Virus record (IMG/VR): IMGVR_UViG_3300024239_000014
Location: 62,001 to 126,000 of that record
Reading direction: 5' to 3' (one strand)
Length of the DNA: 64,000 nt
Position numbers and translations under genes: made by a program
The notes under the pieces: generated by a model
What the model saw: the letters and a program-made list of their open reading frames with translations, nothing else
Databases searched by the model: none
What the model was told of the DNA's origin: nothing
Part shown: positions 36,654 through 45,216 of the stretch, piece after piece
Layout: each line of letters opens with the position of its first letter
How positions within the stretch are numbered: the stretch's first letter is position 1

Positions 36654-37677
36654 GGCACCGTTCACGACCTTTAACCACAAACCCGAAGGGTATCGGCCGT
36701 GTTGTCAACGTCAGAACCCGGCAGTAGTGCACACCGATGGTAACTGGTGGAATTCTGAATACCTGCGTGAATTCAGGAAATCCATGTTTTCCTACGACAC
36801 CCTATCAGACGTGTGTAAGCGGTGTTACGACCGCAAAACTGCCGATGATCCGGGATACAGTTTACCATTCGATCTCAAGGACTATAACCCCAAGACGGGC
36901 GAAGTATACGCACCGCCGAAACAAGTGCTGGTTTTTACAGGCACAAAGTGTGATCTGGCTTGCGATATGTGTGATTCGACTTTTTCGGATACGCATGCGA
37001 AGGTTTATCCTGACCGCATCATCGATATCGATGTGGTTACAGAAGACTCAGCCAGGCACATCATCGGCCGGTACAACCCAGAACAGGTGGTGATCTACGG
37101 TGGCGAACCTTTTGTTAGCCGTGAACTGTACCCGTTGGTACAGCTTGCTTTAATGAAACGGTCATCCATCACGTTCTTGACGAACGGTAACCGCGATCTG
37201 GCTAAACACCCGGTGTTTAAAGAGCTCGTACTGCCGAACGCTACTCGTTTCTCATTTATCTTTTCGATAGATGGGACTGCCGATGTCAACGAACAGATCC
37301 GCAAAGGAGTACGCACTGAACAGATCCTCAGCAATGTTGAATTGTGCAGAAGTGAAAAGATTTGGCACGAACTCCATTTTACGTGTTCGAAGCTTAATGC
37401 GCATAACCTGACTGCTTTCGTCCGTTGGGTTTTATCGCTCGAGTGTTACATGGTCCCGTTCTTTTCGCTCTCAGTAGGGATTGTCGATTTTCCGGATGAT
37501 TATCGTGCAAGTACCTTGCCGATGGGCGAACGGTTATCAATCTCCCGCGACCTTTGTGCGTTAAAGGAAGAAATCAACTCGGCAGTAGACGCTGGAACCA
37601 TGGTGTTTACACCCAAACAGTTTTCTGACTTGATGACGGGACTGGATGGCACACTTGCTTCGTTGGATTTAGAATAG
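36634..37677 (+). CDS. Radical SAM protein with N-terminal twitch/SPASM-like Fe-S domain
   Basis: N-terminal CRAPF..RPCC..WNSEYLREFRKSM..CKRC; radical SAM motif CDLACDMC; YGGEPF; SIDG. Confidence 0.9.
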   Translation: MTKPLCRAPFTTFNHKPEGYRPCCQRQNPAVVHTDGNWWNSEYLREFRKSMFSYDTLSDVCKRCYDRKTADDPGYSLPFDLKDYNPKTGEVYAPPKQVLVFTGTKCDLACDMCDSTFSDTHAKVYPDRIIDIDVVTEDSARHIIGRYNPEQVVIYGGEPFVSRELYPLVQLALMKRSSITFLTNGNRDLAKHPVFKELVLPNATRFSFIFSIDGTADVNEQIRKGVRTEQILSNVELCRSEKIWHELHFTCSKLNAHNLTAFVRWVLSLECYMVPFFSLSVGIVDFPDDYRASTLPMGERLSISRDLCALKEEINSAVDAGTMVFTPKQFSDLMTGLDGTLASLDLE

Positions 37678-37686
37678 GGACATAAG

Positions 37687-37717
37687 CGGGAGGGCCTTTT
37701 GGCCCTCCCGTATGCCG
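37687..37717. terminator. Bidirectional hairpin with TATGCCG tail
   Basis: CATAAG-CGGGAGGGCC-TTTT-GGCCCTCCCG-TATGCCG at the convergence point. Confidence 0.8.
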
Positions 37718-37719
37718 CA

Positions 37720-37884
37720 TTACGCGTTCTCAGTTAACACCACTTTGGCCAATGAAACCCCAACGCACATGCAAGCGCTATACGGTGTTTCCAGGTCATC
37801 TGCTTTACAGTCGTTGAGTAACGAACGGTATTGCCGATCAATCTGCCGGCGGAGCCACTGCTGTAGTGTTTTCATTGATGTCAT
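37720..37884 (-). CDS. Small hypothetical protein
   Basis: About 54 aa from MTSMKT; fills the gap between the CYTH gene and the terminator. Confidence 0.4.
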   Translation of the reverse strand: MTSMKTLQQWLRRQIDRQYRSLLNDCKADDLETPYSACMCVGVSLAKVVLTENA

Positions 37885-38530
37885 CCCACGTAAGGTTAAT
37901 CTTCTCGTTGAATAACTCGTCAATGAGTGCTTGATCCTCAGCAGTACGTTTCCCGTACGGCTCAGTGATCGCCCGTTTCACCTGAAGCGGGAAAGCCGGT
38001 AACGTATCCAGCAGTGCAGGGACTTCCAAATCGGCCTTTACCCATGGACAGAACTGACCGTTCTTATCCTTGAAGAGATCGATCTCCCAACACAACGCTC
38101 CGTTGAACTTCGCATCGGGTTCCTTAAAAGTCCCCTCGGTGCCTGGAATAGGGAAGATGCAGCGGAGTTTCTGCCAGCCATTATCGGCAATTCGACGGAA
38201 GTGATCAAAGAGATCTTCGTTGACCTCCACAGTCACTTCAGGACGTCCTACAACGCCCTTGAGATTGAGTTTGCTGGTCAGCCAGTACGACGGTACACCT
38301 TCAACTGGTGTATTGTCTCTAAGGCCGCTTTCCGTGGCTTTGCGCACACGCACAGTTCCGGCCGGTTTACGAAGATGCCACTGTTCTTGCTCGATGAATT
38401 TGGCAGCACCTTTGACTGCCGCAATGTCTTCGAGTTCGTAGAAGTGGATGTATTCGATTTCATGTACCGTACCGGCACTATCGGATTCCTGCGACAGCGT
38501 CGCTAAGAGTGAGGTAATTGCACCTGTCAT
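37838..38530 (-). CDS. CYTH-domain (triphosphate tunnel metalloenzyme-like) protein
   Basis: HEIEY (ExE-x), VRVRK, LTSK..EV, K-x-R..F, WEIDLF, DLEV. Confidence 0.75.
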   Translation of the reverse strand: MTGAITSLLATLSQESDSAGTVHEIEYIHFYELEDIAAVKGAAKFIEQEQWHLRKPAGTVRVRKATESGLRDNTPVEGVPSYWLTSKLNLKGVVGRPEVTVEVNEDLFDHFRRIADNGWQKLRCIFPIPGTEGTFKEPDAKFNGALCWEIDLFKDKNGQFCPWVKADLEVPALLDTLPAFPLQVKRAITEPYGKRTAEDQALIDELFNEKINLTWDDINENTTAVAPPAD

Positions 38531-38591
38531 GGTATCACCTATAACACAAAACGGTTAGTCATACACAACATTAGAAGATTTGCGGCAAAAA

Positions 38592-38620
38592 AAAACAGAG
38601 GGTGGCAGTCCCTCTGTTTT
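38592..38620 (-). terminator. Intrinsic terminator
   Basis: AAAACAGAGGG-TGGCAGT-CCCTCTGTTTT with an A-run that reads as a U-tract on the minus strand. Confidence 0.75.
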
Positions 38621-38623
38621 CGT

Positions 38624-39514
38624 TTATGGTGTTGTGATTGCAACTTCGACCGTGTTGGCTAAAGTCTTGAATGCTTGTTCCAATACGCTTTGGATAGCAC
38701 GAATTGACTGTTCATCAACACCGCGACACCAAACCGGTAACTGGTACGTCCAACCAGCCAGTCGAATCTCAAAGACCACTGACGGGTCTCCGACTTCTTC
38801 CACTGTGGATGTCCGCATTTCCACCAAGGTCTTGAGGCTGTACACCCGTAAAGCATTGGCAACACTTTTAATGACATTTTCCGACATCAGTAAATGTTGA
38901 AATGCGTTGACCGACGCGAACTGGCGTTCCCGATTACTGTACTCGGGATTCGTTACAGTCATCTCAGCACCACCAGACCGATAATCCAACTGAATGGGAA
39001 CGTCAAAGATACGGGTCAAGTAGCCACTGAGGTTAGCCAAATAGGGCCCACGATGGGAACTTTTCATTGGCGGATCGTACCAGACTGGCATGGTGAGGAA
39101 TTCGCTCTGGTGGCACCAAAGGGAAATCTTCTTCCAATCTTGCTTGGGTGTAGCACTGACTCGACCTGATAAATATTCCAACACCTGGGTGACGCGTTGC
39201 TGATCCACCACTGCCAATGAATCACACAAGAAGTTATAGCCGAGTATTTTCACAACCACGGTATCGGCACCGAGGTCGAGGAGTTCCCAGCCATAACTCA
39301 CTGCGTTGGCAATTCCAGCTGCCCGCCCGACATCAGTCAGTGCGAGTCTATCACCCTTACCGAACGTTACGACCACTTCACGAACGGGATCGTAAATTTC
39401 GTAAACAACCGTGGTGCGTGTGATATCGGCCAGGTTCTTAAAGGTGGCTTCATCCGTGATGATGCCGTTACTCGGAGAATCCATCCGCCGCTTGAGGTAC
39501 TGTTCGTACATCAC
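38624..39514 (-). CDS. Hypothetical protein
   Basis: 296-aa clean ORF, AAGGA SD. Confidence 0.7.
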   Translation of the reverse strand: MMYEQYLKRRMDSPSNGIITDEATFKNLADITRTTVVYEIYDPVREVVVTFGKGDRLALTDVGRAAGIANAVSYGWELLDLGADTVVVKILGYNFLCDSLAVVDQQRVTQVLEYLSGRVSATPKQDWKKISLWCHQSEFLTMPVWYDPPMKSSHRGPYLANLSGYLTRIFDVPIQLDYRSGGAEMTVTNPEYSNRERQFASVNAFQHLLMSENVIKSVANALRVYSLKTLVEMRTSTVEEVGDPSVVFEIRLAGWTYQLPVWCRGVDEQSIRAIQSVLEQAFKTLANTVEVAITTP

Positions 39515-39600
39515 TCGCTTTCCTTATTCCAGCAGTCATTGAGTTGTCTGCTCATAGGTTAAAACGAACGGACAAAAAGAAAGGAAAGATGGTAAAAGTA

Positions 39601-39624
39601 GGTAGGAGAGAAGTCTCTCCTACC
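39601..39624 (-). terminator. Hairpin terminator
   Basis: GGTAGGAGAG-AAGT-CTCTCCTACC with a pyrimidine-rich tail on the minus strand. Confidence 0.65.
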
Positions 39625-39635
39625 CAGGGTGGTAG

Positions 39636-40016
39636 TTACTCGCCTTCGGTTTCGTCTTCCGCTGCTTCGAGCAGTTCCTCGTCGGTATACTCGAAGAAGT
39701 CGTACTCGGACGGTACCTGTTCAAATACCACCTTGATGACGCTCGAGTCAAACGAGTAGCGCCGGTCTTGTTCGATATCAAGGTCATCCACTACCTGGAA
39801 AGCCTTGTCGATCAGGGCGTCAGCGATCTTCTTGCAGCGCTCACTGTAGGCCGAACCGGACACCGACTTGACAGTGAGGTCTTCCAGAGCAACTGCCAGA
39901 TCGCCGTAGGTCGGCAATTGCACTTGGAGTTCTTGATGTTCCATCGCACCGTCCTCGCTGAGCAGCAGTACGATCTCAGGAGCCTTAAGCGTTACAGACA
40001 AACGAAATGTAGCCAT
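39636..40016 (-). CDS. Small acidic hypothetical protein
   Basis: 126 aa, 30 Asp/Glu vs 10 Lys/Arg by hand count. Confidence 0.75.
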   Translation of the reverse strand: MATFRLSVTLKAPEIVLLLSEDGAMEHQELQVQLPTYGDLAVALEDLTVKSVSGSAYSERCKKIADALIDKAFQVVDDLDIEQDRRYSFDSSVIKVVFEQVPSEYDFFEYTDEELLEAAEDETEGE

Positions 40017-40046
40017 GGTCTTCTTCCTTCTTTTAACAACGGTTTA

Positions 40047-40382
40047 TTAACGTTCGAGGTAATCGGCTTCGATGGTCAGGAAACAATGTGTTCCGTACCA
40101 ACTGTGGATTTCACCCACAGGTTTTCCGTGTCGCCATTCTGCCAGCGCACTACGCAAAGCAGACTCTTGGTTACCAATCTCGCGCAACGTTTTCGTTTGC
40201 GCATTATCGGCCAGATTGGGACTGTCGACCACTGTTTTGGTCAGTAGTTCAATCACCTGTTTGGTTAGTGTTGGCATTGTTTGCCCTTGGATCGGAATCT
40301 TAATCCGTTCGGCGGCAAAGGTGAACGGACCTTCGGTACCATGCCTCACACCGAGGTCGACAACAAACACTAACTCTCTCAT
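40047..40382 (-). CDS. Hypothetical protein
   Basis: 111 aa, AGGAGG SD. Confidence 0.75.
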   Translation of the reverse strand: MRELVFVVDLGVRHGTEGPFTFAAERIKIPIQGQTMPTLTKQVIELLTKTVVDSPNLADNAQTKTLREIGNQESALRSALAEWRHGKPVGEIHSWYGTHCFLTIEADYLER

Positions 40383-40390
40383 GTCGCCTC

Positions 40391-40846
40391 CTAAGGCAAA
40401 ATAGTGTAAGCCACTCGCTGGAATCGGGAGTGGTGTTCTGGTGCGTTACCTACGCCAAACAATGCGTTGTGTGACGTATAGGCCGCTTGCCAGGTGCCTT
40501 CCGGCTCCAGTTGCAGGAAAATTCCCTGCTTAACACTCATCCGCCGCGGATTAAACCACTGGCGGTTGTAGATGGTGTTAAACACCGGCTTGTATATTTC
40601 CAAGCATGTTCGCCCCTGCCGCTCGGCGAACTCAACACGTAGGTGGAAGACACCATCTCCAGCCAACCCACGTAACCGTTGGTTGACGAGTTTGGCCACT
40701 GCCTCGCAGACCTCGATGGTCAATGCGAGGCGTTCTGTTTGATCGGCTGCATGGTCGTCCTCCAGCGCGATCAGTCTTTTGTACTTCTCGTACAGCATAG
40801 AGGGCCTCTTAGCCGCATAAGCGGGCGACCCAAACAGGTCGCCCAA
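40391..40846 (-). CDS. Hypothetical protein
   Basis: 151 aa, tightly packed in the operon. Confidence 0.65.
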   Translation of the reverse strand: MGDLFGSPAYAAKRPSMLYEKYKRLIALEDDHAADQTERLALTIEVCEAVAKLVNQRLRGLAGDGVFHLRVEFAERQGRTCLEIYKPVFNTIYNRQWFNPRRMSVKQGIFLQLEPEGTWQAAYTSHNALFGVGNAPEHHSRFQRVAYTILP

Positions 40847-40854
40847 ATAGGTTG

Positions 40855-41427
40855 TTACAGTCGCCAGGTCTTGATGTTGACCTCTGGCGGTTCTTTCTTT
40901 TCAATCTCAGTGGCCCTGACTTCGGCCGTGAGCTTGAAGGTGATGTCGCGTTTACCGTCCACGTGCAGCCAATCGCGAGAAGCCAACAGGCGATCTTTGT
41001 ACGTCTCGATGAAGCGTTCACGGTCGTAACCGTCGTCTTTGGCGGTATACGTGAACACGTCCTTGCGGAACGTATTGCAATCCCGCAGCATGATGGCGAG
41101 TTCCTGCTTCAACTCGTTCATAGCGAGACTGGCTGACTGACCACAGGTCTTGGTGCACAGTCGTTGCAGAGCCGCCTGCACCGAGGTCTGCATATCCAGC
41201 AATAGGAACAGCTTCTCGGTAAAGACGGCTTGCGGGTCCTTGATTTCGTCGTTCCAGCAGATGACGAAACGGCCGATGCTTTGCTCATCGAGCACCTTAC
41301 CACCTTTGTCCACCATCGACAGTTTCACAGACAGTGCCGTATTAGGCGTCTGTGCAGCGAAACGGGGACCAAAGTTCTTACCTGCACCCAAACCGGTATT
41401 GGTTTCGACCATCACCACATACGACAT
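40855..41427 (-). CDS. Hypothetical protein
   Basis: Probable start MSYVVMV after AAAGGA. Confidence 0.7.
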   Translation of the reverse strand: MSYVVMVETNTGLGAGKNFGPRFAAQTPNTALSVKLSMVDKGGKVLDEQSIGRFVICWNDEIKDPQAVFTEKLFLLLDMQTSVQAALQRLCTKTCGQSASLAMNELKQELAIMLRDCNTFRKDVFTYTAKDDGYDRERFIETYKDRLLASRDWLHVDGKRDITFKLTAEVRATEIEKKEPPEVNIKTWRL

Positions 41428-41437
41428 AACTGTTCCT

Positions 41438-42019
41438 TTATTCCTTGTTGAGACGAGAAGCGATAGCGCTGTTCTGACCGCGATACTTCGCGTCAGCACG
41501 TGCACTATAGGGTTTATCAGCAGGTGACGACATCATCTCAAAGGACAATGCCCCGATTTTCATGCCAGGTTGCAATGCCAGCGGTAGCTTACCGGCATTG
41601 ACAAATTCAAGGACGATACGACCACTCCAACCCGGATCGATCCGGTGGGCCGTGACGTGTACCATGAGGCCCAAGCGTGCCAGAGAGGAACGACCGTCCA
41701 ACCAACCAACCAGGTCATCAGGGATCGTTACCGATTCATCAGTGACACCCAGAGCCAGTTGACCAGGATGTAGGTAGAAGTACTCAGACCCAGTGATGAA
41801 GATTTCATCTGACATCACATGGGAAATGGTCGAGGCAATTTCACGGCTGTCGCAGGAACAGTCGATATAAGGTGCTGTGTGGTCACGGAACACCCGGAAG
41901 AAGTTCCCCAACCGCAGATCTACCGTGCAACCACTAATGGCATCGGACTTCGGTTGAGGGTCGATAACAATCTTGCCGCTATCGAGATGTTCGATGATGT
42001 GTTTATCTGAAAGACGCAT
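41438..42019 (-). CDS. dcd: dCTP deaminase
   Basis: Start MRLSD at 42019; [35 protein letters not shown] matches the gammaproteobacterial Dcd core; 193 aa. Confidence 0.97.
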   Translation of the reverse strand: MRLSDKHIIEHLDSGKIVIDPQPKSDAISGCTVDLRLGNFFRVFRDHTAPYIDCSCDSREIASTISHVMSDEIFITGSEYFYLHPGQLALGVTDESVTIPDDLVGWLDGRSSLARLGLMVHVTAHRIDPGWSGRIVLEFVNAGKLPLALQPGMKIGALSFEMMSSPADKPYSARADAKYRGQNSAIASRLNKE

Positions 42020-42029
42020 GGGGTTGTCC

Positions 42030-42548
42030 TCACTGAGGGTAATCGTACAGCCCGTGGACGTGATCGCGTCCTTCCAAAGCTCGTTTACGGAGCGCTTCAT
42101 TCGCCAGACGATTATCGCCCACCACAATCATGTAGCTGGCTTTTTCGTCCGTATCTGTCAGGTACAGAGTCACTTCGCCATTATGCGGCATGGACCCATT
42201 ATGGTTTGGCATGATGTACTGAGGAGCCATCCCAAAGACGTAAGGTGAAGCAGCAAGAGCTTCCATGATCTCACGGTAGCTCTCATATGGAATCGGGCCA
42301 CGCTGAAGCATCTGGATCAAATCGACCCCCTTGTACTTCTTGGAGATACGATCATCCACGATAGGTTTAGCAGTCACCTGGACGCGATAACCGCGGTCTG
42401 TCAGGTAACCAATGGTGTATTCCTTGATTCCAGGCACTGCAAAGAAGCGTGCCTTGTGGTGGTTACCGGTGACCTTTTTGACGATCACATCGGCAACGAC
42501 TTTTAACCAAGCCGGTACCACCTTGTACATTGCCGATAAGATACTCAT
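42030..42548 (-). CDS. Hypothetical protein
   Basis: 172 aa, AAGGA SD, between dut and dcd. Confidence 0.7.
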   Translation of the reverse strand: MSILSAMYKVVPAWLKVVADVIVKKVTGNHHKARFFAVPGIKEYTIGYLTDRGYRVQVTAKPIVDDRISKKYKGVDLIQMLQRGPIPYESYREIMEALAASPYVFGMAPQYIMPNHNGSMPHNGEVTLYLTDTDEKASYMIVVGDNRLANEALRKRALEGRDHVHGLYDYPQ

Positions 42549-42577
42549 TTTCGTTTCCTTAACTAAAGAGAATAAAA

Positions 42578-42599
42578 GGGAGTCCTATAGCGGACTCCC
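42578..42599 (-). terminator. Hairpin after dut
   Basis: GGGAGTCC-TATAGC-GGACTCCC with a U-tract on the minus strand. Confidence 0.6.
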
Positions 42600-42609
42600 A
42601 TGGTAATGG

Positions 42610-43092
42610 TTAGCTGCCGACACCGCTGCTGCCGAAACCGGCTTCACCACGTTCACTTTCGACGAATTCAGTGACTTCTTCGTAGATCGGATGGATGACC
42701 GGCACAACGATGTACTGTGCCAGGCGGTCCATCGGTTTGACTTCGAACGGAACCGAACTGGAGTTCCAGGCTGACATTTTCAGGTCACCCTGATAATCGG
42801 AGTCGATGAGGCCGACCAGGTTACCCAGGACGATGCCGTTCTTGTGGCCGAGGCCAGAGCGCGGCAGAATCATCCCAGCGTAACGAGCCTGGTCCAGGTG
42901 GATGCGTAGGCCAGTACTGATCAGAACACGCTGACCAGGAGCGATAATTACTGGCTCGTCGATGCAAGCGCGAAGATCAAAACCGGCACTACCTGCAGTG
43001 GCAGGCTTAGTGGGTTCGAGTTCACGCAAACGCTCATCAAGAATGATGAACTGAACGCGAGGGTGAAGGAACTGAGACAGACAGCCAGACAT
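42610..43092 (-). CDS. dut: Trimeric dUTPase
   Basis: [24 protein letters not shown] and [10 protein letters not shown]: all five dUTPase motifs. Confidence 0.97.
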   Translation of the reverse strand: MSGCLSQFLHPRVQFIILDERLRELEPTKPATAGSAGFDLRACIDEPVIIAPGQRVLISTGLRIHLDQARYAGMILPRSGLGHKNGIVLGNLVGLIDSDYQGDLKMSAWNSSSVPFEVKPMDRLAQYIVVPVIHPIYEEVTEFVESERGEAGFGSSGVGS

Positions 43093-43144
43093 AGCGAACT
43101 CCTAGTTGATAAAACCAAAAACAAAACCCCGTCGGGTGGAAGTA

Positions 43145-43170
43145 GGAGAGTAGCCGAAAGGCTACTCTCC
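43145..43170 (-). terminator. Hairpin terminator
   Basis: GGAGAGTAGCC-GAAA-GGCTACTCTCC. Confidence 0.65.
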
Positions 43171-43180
43171 CGTGGGTTGG

Positions 43181-43483
43181 TTAACGCTTAATCCACTGCT
43201 TGACGACCTCCCAGCCGTCCTGCTCCCAGCCTCGAACGACGAACTCGATCGCAGCTACGGCACGCTCCTGCAACGTGAACGGCAGGCCGTCACTGAAGCT
43301 CCAAGCGACTTTCCCCGACTTATCGTCGAAGAAGCCTTCTACTGTGAAGTAGACCTGGAGCTTTTTGTGATAACGGAGCTCCATGTACTTCAGTCTTTTC
43401 CGTCGCAAGACGGAATACGAACGAATACAGGAGCTGCCCTTCTTGGGGTCGGGTATCGACACAGATTTCTGGATGTTATCCAT
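43181..43483 (-). CDS. Hypothetical protein
   Basis: 100 aa, AAGGA SD, own candidate promoter upstream. Confidence 0.7.
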   Translation of the reverse strand: MDNIQKSVSIPDPKKGSSCIRSYSVLRRKRLKYMELRYHKKLQVYFTVEGFFDDKSGKVAWSFSDGLPFTLQERAVAAIEFVVRGWEQDGWEVVKQWIKR

Positions 43484-43543
43484 TAAGCTTAGTCCTTTTA
43501 ACCATGGTCCGATTACGAGCAGGCGTCCCTACTCATTTTAACC

Positions 43544-43560
43544 ATATAGGTCTGAAATCC
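43544..43560 (-). promoter_or_regulatory. Candidate phage promoter motif (minus strand GGATTTCAGACCTATAT)
   Basis: Intergenic twin of the 5083-5100 motif. Confidence 0.45.
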
Positions 43561-43584
43561 ATTTGTTTTCGATTCGAAGCATTA

Positions 43585-44181
43585 TTAGTTACCTGACAGC
43601 ATCTTCTGGATAATCGCCCAATTGCTTTCTAGCGACGAGTAGCGCTTGGTAGCACTCTCGTGGATGCTGGTAACCACAGCATCAAAGACGTCCTGCATCA
43701 AATGGAAGGTGAAGATCTTCACAGGTGATGACGAGGTCTTGTCATTGAACAGTATAGTCATCTGTGCCAGCACACCGACGTGTTCAGCCGATACGTGGGG
43801 GTCGTCAATGATGATCGGGAGTAGTTCCCGTATCTTTGAAATCGCAGTTTCAAGGACGTCCCAGTTAATTGGCTTACCGCTACGGTGCCGCCGCGCCCAG
43901 TATTCCGTTTCGGATTCCAGCAACAGTTTCAGTGCTGAGATGTCCTTAAAGGTCTGTGGGGTATAACGTTCCGAACACTTGATTTCCGGGGCCTGTACTC
44001 GGTATTCTTCAGCTACCGGGTTGAAGTAACACGCCACTGGACCGTAGACGGTTTTGAGGTGGATGTTCGTACCGCCGAAGGCAATGTCTTCTTTGAGCGA
44101 TATGAACGGCAATGGCGCTAACTTCTGTCGCCGTTCAAGTCCGGCGCAAAGGTTACGCCACTGCTCGAGTTTCGTGGTCAT
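43585..44181 (-). CDS. Hypothetical protein
   Basis: Probable start MTTKLEQ after GAGGAG; the longer ORF-track version overlaps another gene. Confidence 0.7.
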   Translation of the reverse strand: MTTKLEQWRNLCAGLERRQKLAPLPFISLKEDIAFGGTNIHLKTVYGPVACYFNPVAEEYRVQAPEIKCSERYTPQTFKDISALKLLLESETEYWARRHRSGKPINWDVLETAISKIRELLPIIIDDPHVSAEHVGVLAQMTILFNDKTSSSPVKIFTFHLMQDVFDAVVTSIHESATKRYSSLESNWAIIQKMLSGN

Positions 44182-44590
44182 GGCGGCGCTCCTCGCGCAG
44201 ATAGTTGTAGTACCAAGTAGCAAAGTCAGTGTCGGTTTTAAAGCGTCGATTAGAACGCTTTTCTTCCTTCGCCTTGAGCTTTGCCAGTCGGTAAGCAAAA
44301 CGACGTTCACGCCGCTGCTCCGTTGCCCAGTGAGTGTAGATATCGGTCGTCGTGTGGCGCACCGCCTTAGAACGTACCTGATATACTTCTTCCAACACGC
44401 GATCTGGCCGAACACTTGTATGGTGTTGACATGCACAAAAGCCAAGTGATTCAACAGACACCTGCGGTGCACGGAAGGCATGTCGCGGTGAGACATGAAA
44501 GTTCTTAATGCAGCATACTGGATACCCGTAACGCACACCCCGAAAAAACCAAGCAGATTTGAACGGTTTTTTGAAATTCTTGGACACCAT
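44153..44590 (-). CDS. Basic Cys/His-containing protein
   Basis: GVRYGYPVCCI..FCACQHH, Arg/Lys-rich C-terminus. Confidence 0.65.
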   Translation of the reverse strand: MVSKNFKKPFKSAWFFRGVRYGYPVCCIKNFHVSPRHAFRAPQVSVESLGFCACQHHTSVRPDRVLEEVYQVRSKAVRHTTTDIYTHWATEQRRERRFAYRLAKLKAKEEKRSNRRFKTDTDFATWYYNYLREERRHDHETRAVA

Positions 44591-44635
44591 GGTCGTAGTT
44601 CCTAGGTAGGGATTCAACCGAGTGATGTAGGTTTA

Positions 44636-45121
44636 TTATTCTTTTACCTTCGGTACCCAAGGCAGTGCATTACCCGGATCGACTTCTACACCAGCCTGTT
44701 CCAAGATCTTACCCATCCGTACATAAGCCGACTTCAGATCTTGCTTGTACTGCTCGAGGTTCTTTTCTTGATCCAAGTAAATGGACAGCCCGTTGGATTC
44801 GATGACCTTGACCAGGTCAATGAACCGATCGGTGAACCACGTGCTCAGAGGCGGTACATCCATCGTTTTACCCAGCAGCGCTTCAACATCTACACCTTGC
44901 GGTAACTTCTGTGATATGAATGAAAGCACGTAGTCCTTTACCGCTACAGCTTCAGCGTGACATTCTTCGTAGTCAACGTAATCGCAGTTATCCACCATGG
45001 TCCACAGGAAGCTACGGATGTTTGCCAGAACCGCGGGGTCGGTGCCAAGGGCTTCCAATTGAGCAATACACGCTTTGGCGCGTTCTTCTCTGGTGAAATT
45101 AGCGGGGATATAAAAGCTCAT
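44636..45121 (-). CDS. Hypothetical protein
   Basis: 161 aa, AAGGTG SD. Confidence 0.7.
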   Translation of the reverse strand: MSFYIPANFTREERAKACIAQLEALGTDPAVLANIRSFLWTMVDNCDYVDYEECHAEAVAVKDYVLSFISQKLPQGVDVEALLGKTMDVPPLSTWFTDRFIDLVKVIESNGLSIYLDQEKNLEQYKQDLKSAYVRMGKILEQAGVEVDPGNALPWVPKVKE

Positions 45122-45176
45122 AGCACACCTTCGAACGGTAGCGGGATTATAGATGTTTGAAATGCGTATAACTTAA

Positions 45177-45213
45177 CGGCATAAGAGGAGGGGTTACCCC
45201 TCCTCGCTTTATG
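45177..45213 (-). terminator. Hairpin with TATGCCG tail after helicase
   Basis: Minus strand GCATAAAGC-GAGGAGGGG-TAA-CCCCTCCTC-T-TATGCCG. Confidence 0.75.
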
Positions 45214-45216
45214 CAC

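Noticed and set aside
32241-37677. GT cluster as a DNA hypermodification locus
   Set aside because: No hydroxymethylase, dioxygenase or modified-base kinase is adjacent, and the operon starts with a virion fibre. Kept only as an alternative to test.
42020-42127. 36-aa N-terminal extension of Dcd
   Set aside because: Overlaps the upstream gene; MRLSD at 42019 matches the known Dcd N-terminus.
43585-44538. 317-aa version of this ORF
   Set aside because: The first 119 codons overlap the YGYP gene in another frame; a GAGGAG SD supports the start at 44181.
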